A stretch of 64,000 bases of DNA, taken from positions 1,894,115-1,958,114 of the forward strand of contig MU053365.1 in assembly GCA_013239625.1 (NCBI GenBank), given 5' to 3'. The position numbers and the translations under genes are program-made. The notes beneath the pieces were generated by a model, which was not told where the DNA came from, searched no databases, and was given only the letters and a program-made list of their open reading frames with translations. Each line of letters opens with the position of its first letter. Within the stretch, counting starts at the first letter, position 1. This stretch comes from Lama guanicoe. Lineage: Eukaryota. Shown piece by piece: positions 26,811 to 36,777 of this stretch.

Positions 26811-26928
26811 CGGCATCGGGACAACAGATAGGTTATACATTTTTTGTCAGTGTTTGTCCACTGGTAAAGCCTGGCTAGAATGTTGTGTTTAACTAGATTC
26901 TGAGGCTGCAGCAAAATTATGGCATGAC

Positions 26929-27422
26929 TGTGAATGAAAAATACTGCAAACCAGATCAGTAAACAAAGAATGCTGAAGCCATCAAGTCATCAGCGGCTGC
27001 CCCACCCCCCAGTGAACACAAGCCTGCAGCCCAGCCTCTGCAGCCACTCACCATGGTGCACCCTGAGGGGACTCAGAATAAGAAAGGACAGGATACTGGC
27101 CCTAGATAGCTAGGGGCTTGTCAGAGGAATGAATTCATTGAGCCCAAATGTTTGCTTCCTCCCATACATAGAAAAGCGCTAAATTCTTTAACTTGAGATG
27201 CCTGGTTTTCTTTAGTTAACAAGTAATCTGTTAATGCTCTGACTACCTGGTCTTGTTGTAAAGCTCCTATATATTCTAGCTCCTCCCCTGCTTTTCAGAG
27301 CAGTCCCTCAGAGCCATCTGAGAGCCTGTCATCCCGGGCTTGAAGGGGTCCGAGTCCTCAGAAATGTCCGCCAAATAAAAATAACTCTCAGCTTTTAGGC
27401 TGCGCATTTATTTCAGTCGACA
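26929..27422 (+). mobile_element. Solo ERV1-class LTR (cetartiodactyl type)
   Basis: TGTGAATG...TTTCAGTCGACA termini, TATA-like CCTATATA and AATAAA. Confidence 0.8.
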
Positions 27423-27899
27423 CGGTCATTCACTCACTCATTCAAACATGTACTCAGCTGTTATATGTCCACTGCCTGAATAGACAGCAAAGCCACACAC
27501 TTTCTGTCCACAAAAAGCTCACATTATAATAACAAAGGAAAAGGTGTGAAAGATCAAAAGAAATTGTGATTAAAATGTTTCCAGCTAGGGGAAATCTCAA
27601 ATGTTTCGGTTCTATTCACCAGAAGTACAAATGTAGGGAGCATTTCTCCCTCTATCTCCTAGGGGTCCAGAGACCTACATCCTTTTCTAATGCTTGCAGA
27701 TGTTCTGGGGCTTTGCAGGAAAAGTTCTGACCAGGGCCATCAGGTGGACACCTGGCAACGTCTTTGGGCTCAGGCATCTTTTCTACTAGATTAGTCAGTG
27801 GAGGAGGCGCTGATTGCTGACAAAATGTGGTCCTCATCAGAATACGGTGGGTAAAAGCAAAGGGATGGAAATATGCCAAGCAGCTCAGAGTCAAAACAG

Positions 27900-30120
27900 A
27901 AAAGGGGAAAGAAGCAAAGATAGATGATCTGAATAATAGACTTAATAAGTACAAACTGGAATATAGAACACTTATTGTCAGCAAATAGAGAATACACATT
28001 ATTTTCAAGCAGTCAAGGAATAGTCTCAAAGATTGACCATGTACAAGTTTACAAAGAAAGCGTGAGAGAACTTTAATGAGTTAATATCTTGCAGACTATT
28101 TCATTTAATGATAATAAAATTAGGTTCTTTTTAAGGATAGCTTAAATATCTAATATGCTTAAAAATTATCATCATATTACCTAATAATCCTCAGATTAAA
28201 GAGGAGATAATAAAATTGAGATATTCCTAACACTAATTAGCACTAGAAGATTTGTGACATATAGCTAACACAGAACTTGGTGAGAAATTTACTGCTCTAA
28301 ATATATTTATCAGAAATAAAAAAACATATTGAAGACAAATAAGCTATGTATTCAATTCAACAAGCCAGAAGGAAGGGCAACAGAATAAATGTGAAAGACA
28401 CCATAAATGAGGAAATAGACATAAATACAGAAGTGAGGAAATATAGACCAAAAATAAAGAGCAATTATAAAATTAAGAAATGATTACTTTAGAAGATTAA
28501 TAAGATAAACAAACCACAAGGGAGACATCAAGGAAAAAAAAAGAGCTAAGACTCAAACAAAATGTGAATGAGAAAAATAAAAATACTACAGAAATTTAAA
28601 AAGCAATGAAATACTATTATTACTTAGTATATGCCAATAAACTTGAAGCCCAAGAGGAAATGAGCCTATTGTTAGGGGAAACAGTATAAATGGCTAAATT
28701 TTACAGGAAAAAAACCTGAAAAGGCCAATTGTTTGGGAGACTCTTAATTGTTCTAGTCTAACTTTTAAACACGTTTAGACTCTCTGCACCACCTCACTCG
28801 CTTCTCCCCAGGAAGAGACAGGGATTTCTTTGGTAAATTTGTAAGGAGCAGTGGGATACGCTTCACTCAGCCCCTTCTGATCCACTCACTTTTCACAGGA
28901 TCAGCCTATCAGCTGAAAGGTGAATTCCGATCTGCTATGTAGTAAGGAGTCTTACAAATTCAGGGGTGAATTATTAGCAAATCCACTTGGCTAGAGATCT
29001 AAAGTCACAACTTGCAGTCAGCTTTATCTAGATCTCTCTAATGCATGCACATCTATCAATAGGTTACAAGCTCTGAAAGGGAAGAAATCGGTATTATTAA
29101 TTAGCCTACCTAACAAGTTCAAATGCCTATAACTATGGAAGACATAAAAATGGTAAACAGACTCGCTCCTATCCACTGCCCCACGTACAGGAAAGCCCTA
29201 GATCTAGGTGGCTTTAGAGATAAGTTGTACAAAATGGTAAAGGAACAGGCAATTCTAGCTCTTACACAGTTGTGTCAGAAAATGAAAATGAGAGTATAAG
29301 GCTAGTGTAAACTTGATTTCAAAACTGAGATAAGACAGACCATATAATGAAATTTAAAGGCTATCTATCTCCCTTATGAACATTGACATAAAAGTATCAA
29401 ATAATATATAATAATAGGATAATGCACCATAATCAAGTAAGATTGTCTTAGGAATATGAGAATGATTTAAGATAGGAAAATATGTCTCTGTGATTCCCCA
29501 CCCTAATAGAATAAGGAAAACATTTCATTTAAATAATCATCTCAATAGGTATAGCAAAAGCATTTGGTAAAGACACGTGATTTTTTAAAAAGTGTTTTCC
29601 AAAATCTAAGGAAACTTCTTTAACATGATAAAGTCTCTGTAGCAAACAAAGCAAAAAATACCTTCTCCTAATTACCATAACATGTATATCCTGAAGTTCA
29701 TGTGCCTAACATGTCTGATATTGTCTCTACATTCAACATAGCACTAGCAGTCACGATCAATGAAATAACCCCTAAAAATAAAAGGTGTGTAATAAAGATA
29801 TCACCACATATCAGATGGTGCAGGGAAACAAACACGGAGGATAGTGTTGAACATAAATGCTTGATGGTCATTCAAAGCATATCAAAGTTCACTAACAAAG
29901 AATTAATATCCATAAAATATAAAGGAATGGTAAAATCATGAAACTTGAAATAAACAACTTGAAAAAGACAAGAAATCCAACATAATGAGAAACATCGTTG
30001 ACCAAAAACCAATGTAAAGAATAGAAAATCTAAATAGCTGAATCACTAGTAATCATAAAAGTGAAAGGAGATTATACTTTTTACCACTGGATTTTTTTTT
30101 TTAAATTAAAAGTTGGATAA
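27900..30120 (+). mobile_element. Degenerate L1 ORF2 remnants
   Basis: A-rich strand with EN/RT-region motifs (ATGCCAATAAACTTGAA, ATCATCTCAATAGGTATAGCAAAAGCATTTG). Confidence 0.7.
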
Positions 30121-30123
30121 TAC

Positions 30124-30660
30124 TGTGCCAGTTATCGTTTGCTGTGTCAAAAATTACCCCCAAAGTTAGTGGCTTCAAACAACAAAATCTATTATCTCAG
30201 AGTTTCTATGAATCAAGAATCTGGGTGCATCTTAGCTAGCCCTCTGGCTCTGTGTATCTTACATGGCTACCTCATATCAGTCTCAGTTGGGAAGAATCTG
30301 TTTCCTATCTTAGTACTGTGGTTGTTGGTAGGATGCAATGCCTTGTAGTTTGTCGCACTGAGGGCTGAGTTCCTCAGGAGCTATTCCTTGATGTGTGAGC
30401 CTCTTCACTGAGCACTTCACAATATGCTTTCATTAGAATGAGAAGACAAGCAAGCAAGAGAGACTGTTAGCAAGAAAGTTCTAGCAAGAGGAAGCTTAAT
30501 CATGTTAATAACATCCTATTACTTTTACTGGATTCTACTGATTCAATTCATTAGAAGCAGTTCATTAGGCACAGCCACACTCAAGGGAAGTGGATTACAT
30601 AAGAGCGTGAACATCAGGAGGCGGGGATCATTGGGAGCCATATCCGAAGTTGCTTCCACA
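30124..30660 (-). mobile_element. MaLR LTR (MLT1F/G-like)
   Basis: AAATTACCCCCAAAGTTAGTGGCTTCAAACAACAA...ACAAGAGCGTGAACATCAGGAGGCGGGGATCATTGGG. Confidence 0.75.
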
Positions 30661-30766
30661 CTGAGTATTGGTGAGTTTGGAGGGAAACAGCTAATATAAT
30701 TCTATTGGGAAGATAGACTGGTACAGTCATTTTGGAGAGCAACCTGGTAACATTTAGAAAAAATAT

Positions 30767-31135
30767 TGCTTATAGACTGAATGCTTGCATCCCTCCAAAA
30801 GCCATATGTTGAAACTCTAGTCTTCTAGATGTGATGGTATTTGGAGATGGGGCTTTTGGGAGGTAATAGAGTTGGATTAGGTCATGAGGGTGGGGTCTTA
30901 TGATGGGATAAATGCCCTTAGAAAAAGAAGAGGAGACAGGAGATAGTTCTCTCTTTGTGTGTAGCCACCAAGCAAGGCCATGTGAGGACATAAGTAGGAA
31001 GAGGGTCCTCATCAAGAATTCAACCATGCTGGCATCTTAATCTTGGAATTCCAGCCTCCAGAACTGTGAGAAATAAATGTTTGTGGTTTAATCTCCTAGT
31101 CTATGGTATTCTGTTATATCAGCCCAGACTAAGGA
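30767..31135 (+). mobile_element. MaLR LTR (MLT1A-like)
   Basis: CATATGTTGAAACTC...GTGATGGTATTTGGAGATGGGGC...CCAGCCTCCAGAACTGTGAGAAATAAAT. Confidence 0.85.
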
Positions 31136-32025
31136 TCTCTATGACCCAGAAATTCTATTCCTGAGTATATATCCCAGAAAAATATATGCAGAAGTCCATA
31201 AGGGGACATGAATGAGAATGCTCATCACAGCATTATCTGTGGCAGGGGGTAAAGAGCCAACACAGGTGTCCCTCAAAAGATGAAGAAATGGACAAGCAAT
31301 ATTTGGGGCATGTGTTCTAATGGAATATGATGCAGCATTAGAAACAATGAACTAGAGGTACACATAGCTGTGTAAGTTGAACTTAAAAGCATAAGAAACA
31401 GAACAAGTTCTAAGGCACAATGTACTGCATTCAAACACACATATTTAACAAGGTTATATATTTCACAAGAGTACAAACATATAAGGGCATAATCCAAACA
31501 CATCAGAGCAGGTCCCTCACAGTGGGAAGGAAATGAGTGTTGAACTCCAGGATGAAAGAAAAAGAAAAAATACATATATAAGACAAAGAACCTTATAAAC
31601 TCAATGGTGGTGATATGGCCAGAGTTCAAGAATAGAATAAAAGTAAAAATAGAAGTAACCTTCATGAGTGGCCAGTTAATTCTAATCCCTGCCTTTAAGT
31701 TGCAGAGCTGGCAGACAATAATCAAAATAAGCAGCCTTTAATGTTTATTCATGGTTGCGGTCTTTTTGTTAGTTTGTAAAATGATTCATATCTTCTCCGA
31801 CATTTGAATTCAGCCATACTGCTTTTGGAGGGATTTTAGGCAACATATTGAAAACAGAAGCTAGTAACTAGGGATGGGAGGTACCAGAATAAACCACCGA
31901 GCAGGGGCAGCCTTGGAGAACAGCTTGGAGGACAGGTTCTTTCTCTACCCCGTGCACCACCACAATTGAACATGGAGATATAAGGAGGGGTGGCAGTTCA
32001 GCTTGGGAAGACTATTTTGGGATGT

Positions 32026-32153
32026 TAAAGAAAGCCCCTTTTCTCTGTCCAAGCCATCTTTGCCTCCTCATCACCCCCTCTCCCTCTACTAAAGAAAGCC
32101 CCTTTTCTCTGTCCAAGTCATCTTTGCCTCCTCATCACCCCCTCTCCCTCTAC
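32026..32153. repeat. 64-bp tandem duplication (1 mismatch) upstream of the CXorf51-like promoter
   Basis: Units 32026-32089 and 32090-32153. Confidence 0.95.
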
Positions 32154-32276
32154 AGAGGTGTCAGAAATTGTACTTTGAAATGTCTGAGCCATATCTTGGC
32201 CCCTCCAGCAAACTTTGCCACACACAGAGGTGTCATCAGCAGTACTTTGTGATCGCTAAGCAACCCCCTTAGCCAC

Positions 32277-32400
32277 TATTGGCTAGGGGAGTGCCTTGCT
32301 GACCAATCAAAGCTGAAGGGTGTGGTCCCCTCATTGTCCTGGGGAAGGGTATATATAGCACGGTCAGGAAGCCTGGGCTAGTTCACCGGGAGGCTTCAAT
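32277..32400 (+). promoter_or_regulatory. Core promoter of the CXorf51-like gene
   Basis: Reverse CCAAT (ATTGG ~32278), CCAAT at 32303-32307, GT box GGGTGTGG at 32318-32325 and TATATATA at 32350-32357, about 50 bp before the ATG. Confidence 0.7.
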
Positions 32401-32523
32401 ATGTCTAAGGTGTCCAAGAAGCTACCACAGCCTAATACAGATATGGACCAACCAACCTCAAGTTCCAGACAGCGGAAGAAGTTGAATGTTCCTGATCAAC
32501 CCAGGACCAGAAGTGGCGGCAAG
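32401..32523 (+). CDS. CXorf51: Coding exon 1 of a CXorf51-like (SPANX/CYPT-related) small basic testis protein
   Basis: ATG at 32401 (A at -3). 41 codons, MSKVSKKLPQPNTDMDQPTSSSRQRKKLNVPDQPRTRSGGK, end at a strong phase-0 donor AAG|GTAAGG. The spliced junction RSGGK|ALKTTRK resembles human CXorf51 RSGVKGLKTTRK as recalled. Exact orthology is unverified. Confidence 0.85.
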
Positions 32524-32727
32524 GTAAGGTGACCCTATTCAAGCTACTCTTTTCTTCATTGACCCATTGAGCCCTCCTCCCCCAAGAATCTTACCCTTCC
32601 TTGCCTGGCACAAACCCCCTCCTCAGCTCTGACCCCTTCTTATGAAGCCATCCTTTCCATCAATATCCTATCTTTTCCCCCCTAAACCAGTGTCCTTTTA
32701 AACTCACTCTGTTGTCCTCCTTTCTAG

Positions 32728-32961
32728 GCATTGAAGACAACCAGGAAGACTAAAAAAAACCTTCAAAGGACTTTGAGTAAAAAAGCCTCTGAAAAAACTA
32801 CCAACCCTATAAGAAAGTCTAAGAAGGCTAAAGGGCCAACACTATTCGGCCATTATCACAGGCTGAATGAGACATTAAGTGAAAATCAAAATGAGCTGCA
32901 GCAGAAGCAAGAAGTAGTGGAGAAGCCCACTACTTCAACTGGTGACCTGGGCTGCCAGTAA
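32728..32961 (+). CDS. CXorf51: Coding exon 2 of the CXorf51-like gene (total protein 118 aa)
   Basis: The 204-bp pyrimidine-rich intron (32524-32727) has a branch-like CTCAC (~32703) and acceptor TTTCTAG|GCA. The exon reads ALKTTRKTKKNLQRTLSKKASEKTTNPIRKSKKAKGPTLFGHYHRLNE...DLGCQ* with no disablements. KKAKGPTLFGHYHRL resembles CXorf51 KKARGPILRGRYHRL. Confidence 0.85.
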   Translation, partial: ALKTTRKTKKNLQRTLSKKASEKTTNPIRKSKKAKGPTLFGHYHRLNETLSENQNELQQKQEVVEKPTTSTGDLGCQ

Positions 32962-33071
32962 CTTCAGAGAGAGGCTAGAGACCTCAGAAATATCTGCAAA
33001 GTCTCTGAAGTCTGAGAAATGACCAAATGTGTACATACTGAATTTTACAGCTACAGGGTACACTGATGGTA

Positions 33072-33115
33072 ATTAAATAAAAACCAACTTGTGAAAATTT
33101 CTGTGTGCTTCTGAG
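33072..33115 (+). terminator. Polyadenylation signal of the CXorf51-like gene
   Basis: Overlapping ATTAAA (33072-33077) and AATAAA (33076-33081) about 110 nt after the stop, followed by a GT-rich TTCTGTGTGCTT downstream element. Confidence 0.7.
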
Positions 33116-33814
33116 AGTTCTCTCGTGGTGGGAGCAGGGAAGGAAGGGAAGAAGAAAGGGTGTGAGGAGGGAGGGACGCTGGGTCCTGCAGAGTGGGGGC
33201 AAGACTGGCAGAATCACAGTTAACCAGATAGTGGGGAAAAGGAGTGGGTCAGGACAGAGTGCTGCGGACAAATTTCCTGCTTAACACTTGAACCTACTGG
33301 GAAGATGGAAAAGGGCTTGGCGTTTCTATTTTTGGGGTGGGGCGCAGGAGGAGCACGCTGTCAAAGTGTAGATTGCCAGAACCTATATGTTTAAGGTGTG
33401 TGGGTGGCAGTGGCATCCCACGAAACAGGGAAATAAATGACTCCCAGGCCACCTACCTCATAATGGTGTTTGTTACATGCCACCTGATGACATCAACAAC
33501 TGACGATCCTCCCAAGGGCCAAAAACCTCACCCTACTAAAAGTTACTGAAAGCACCCTAAGGACTGAAATAATGGTGACTGGAAGCCACAAATCCAACAC
33601 TAATTAGCCCACTTGCTACAGAAACTTAGGGTCGAGCACTGGCTTCCCAAGGGCAGGGCAATGGGAGCAGTCTGCTTTGCAGGCAATAAAGGGGGATATT
33701 GTCTACAAAGAATTCTAAAACAGCAGTCTCCCCTGCAGAGATCTTTATCTTCATTCTTTCCAAAGTTGTTTTTCTCTCTAAAGAGGATATCCTTTTAAGT
33801 GGTTTCATTGAAGT

Positions 33815-35180
33815 ATAATTGACATATAATAAATTGCGCATGCTTAAAGTGACAATTTGATGAGTTTGGTTGTATGTATATACTTGTTAAGACATCACCA
33901 CAATTCAAAGTGTGAACATACCCATCACCCCAAGAAGTTTCCTCCTACTCCCTGACGATTGCTTCTTTTTGCCCCTCTCTGTAGATCCCCATCCTCAACA
34001 AAATAACAATCATACTAATAAAATTAATGTAATATTGTTGTACACAAGAACCCTCAAATCAAGTATGTTGAGTGAAAGAAGCTGGATAAAAATGAGAACA
34101 TACAGATTCCATTTATATGTATAGATGGCATTTTCTAGCATTTTATGATTGTTATTTTGCTGAGAGTTTGGCAGCATTTAAACGATACCACAAACTAGCT
34201 TTAATTATATTTAAAAAACTGAGTCATTGTAAAGTCACGTGCAGCTGTAAGAAATAGAAATATCTTCTACCCTTAAACCTAGTTTCTTCCAATGGTAACA
34301 TCTCGCATAGCTGTAGTAGAACATCACTATCAGGAAATTGAAAGTGTTATGATCTATTTACCTCACTCAGTTCCACCAGTTTTTGTATAAGTGTTTGTGT
34401 TTAGTCCTACGGAATTTTATCACCTGTGTAGTTTCCTGTGATTAGCACCATTACAATCAAGTTACAGAAGAATTCCATCACGAGGATCTGTCACGTTATA
34501 CTCATTTATAACCACAACTACCTCCCTCCCTCCCTGACCTCTGGAATCCAGTAATTTGTTCTTCATCTCTATAATTTTGCCATTACAAGAATAATAAATA
34601 AATGGAATCATTCAACATATAACCTATTGTGATTGGCTTTTTACATTCAGTATAAATCCTTTGAGATCCATTCAAGTCATTGTGTATGTCAATCTTTTTT
34701 TCCCTTTATTGGTGAGTAATATTCTATGGTATGGAGGTACCAAGTTTAACCAATTCATTTATTGAAGGACATTTTCATTGTTTTGATTTTTTTGACTATT
34801 ACAAAAAAAAAAAAGCTGATATGATCGTTCCTGTTTAGGTTTTCCTGTGAATGTAAAAGTTTTCATTTCTCTGAGATAAATGCCCACAAGTACAATGGCT
34901 GGATCACGTGGTAATGGCATGCTCAGTTTTGTTAAGAAACTTCCATACTTCTCTCCAGAGTGGTTGTATCATTTTACAATCCCACCAGCAGTTCCTCTGC
35001 ATTCTCACCAGCATTTGGTGCTGTCATTTAAAAAGATTAAATCATTGTGGTTCATGTATAGTGGTATCTTCTCAAAGTTGTCATTTGCCTTTCCCTGATG
35101 GTAAATGTTGAACTTCTTTTTGTGTGCTCATTTGCCATCTGTATATCCTCTTCATTGAGATTTCTATTTATGTCTGTAGC
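33815..35180 (-). mobile_element. L1 (L1MB-like) 3' end segments
   Basis: TTTCATTGAAGTATAATTGACATAT, AAATGGAATCAT and GGCTGGATCACGTGGTAA motifs. Confidence 0.8.
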
Positions 35181-35183
35181 CTA

Positions 35184-36777
35184 TTTTTTTTTTTTAACAC
35201 TGGCAGAATCAAGCTTTCAAGAATTTGAACACAAGGCACAGGTTTCCAGGTGTACAGAAATACATCTCCATTTTACAATTGATTCTTGGTTTTTCTATCT
35301 CAATCTTTTTGGACAGGGATAAAAAAGCAAACTGTTTCTAATTTAAGCAACAAGATCTTTCTTACAATGACCTTATGGGCTTTTAAGAGCGGATCATCTG
35401 AATTTCCAGGACTTCCTGCAATTGTATGTAAATAACATATATTATTTCCTTTCTACACCACCTACCACTAGCTGGTTGTTGCCTCCTAGATCCTAGTGAG
35501 TTTTTTCTACATCCCCTACTTATAAAATGCTGGATTGGAATTCTAATCCTTGACATTTAAGGTGATCTAGGAGGAACTTACATGTGTGCATTTCCACTCC
35601 CACTACAAATGCATTATGACAGTTAATTAACTTTACTTCATTCTATCACTGCCTCCGTTTTGGTCCTTCCCCACAGGGTACTGCAACAGAGTCCAGTCCT
35701 TATAGCATACTATACAACATGTAAGTTTTAACAGTATCTTTAGCCTATATAGTTGTTGGAGGTGGTAACACCGAGCTCCTGACCCTCCCAGTCATAGATT
35801 CAGTTGATATTTTCAACCTTAAAGTCGTACAAGACAAGAGAAAATTCTACAGCCATACTGTAGTGAGGTTTCTGGGAATATCTCTCTCTGTTCGTCAATA
35901 ATCTCTGGCTTATCCATCCCTTGGCCAGTCACAAAAAGGATAGTCATCATACAGCGGTCTTGATAAAGAACGCCTGGCCAATCACTTCAAACTGACATAA
36001 CTAGAAAGATTCTTGCCCTCTCCCTCCCTCAGGCTCTGGACTACTAGCTGTACTTGGGCAGACAGAATAGTCCACTGAAAATCAATCAGTCTGTTGGGTA
36101 CATTCGTTTTACGCAAGCTCCTGAAATCTTACGTGCCTTCATATTTCACAGCTGCGTAATTCATGGTTACTAAATCAGCACAAGGGGAGAACTGTAGTAA
36201 GCCTGCTCAAGACAACCGAACCTAGCACTGAAGCTGGGCTCCACAGGGGCCGGGGCCAGTATATGGATGTCTAAAGGGAGCCCCTGATTGCAAATATGGG
36301 TACAATGAATTTCTTTGCCAGCACTGTTGACTTCTTTCAAAGTAATATCTTTGTTTCTTCACTCATATCAGCGAGAGCTGGCTGCCTGCCTGCTTTCTCC
36401 TAGTCCAGCCTTGGTTAGAGCCTCTTTCTCTTCACTAATATTGCGTTTTTCTGGCTGGCAAAGCCTTCGTATCCTTAGCTCAGATCAGATAGACTATACA
36501 TAGGGCTGCATGTCTTTGGTCATGAGGACTGACATTAAAAAAAGAAGAAAAAAGTACACTTAGCATTTCCAGTTCCTGAAGAATTTTCTCTAATGTTTGA
36601 GTTCCTGTTGTCGGCCTGTTCCTTCTTAGGTCATTGAATCTCCTTCTCCAGTTCTTGTACCCCTTTTAGGAGTTTCTCAGTCTGGTTTCTGTCTATGTGA
36701 TTTTCAGCAATGGTGTGATAACCCCAGGAATAAAGGAATCATGCAGGTCCCCCCTGTTTAGCATGGGCCACAGCTGA
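35184..36777 (-). pseudogene. PUS3: Processed pseudogene of tRNA pseudouridine synthase PUS3
   Basis: Minus-strand translation gives DRNQTEKLLKGVQELEKEIQ*, SNIRENSSG, ILAPAPVEPSFSARFGCLE, QKPHYSMAVEF and KCQGLE..IQHF, matching PUS3. It is intronless, ATG is mutated to ATT (36711), and it carries stops and frameshifts. 5' and 3' UTRs are retained, with a polyA tail (T run ~35184-35195) and TSD-like AGCC(T/C)ATTTT on both sides. Confidence 0.92.

Noticed and set aside
31273..31725. Longest ORF (150 aa, hydrophobic)
   Set aside because: It is largely the antisense of an A-rich L1 3' remnant, so the composition is an artefact.
32731..32961. Stand-alone 76-aa ORF starting at TTG
   Set aside because: It is exon 2 of the spliced gene. 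The true start is at 32401.
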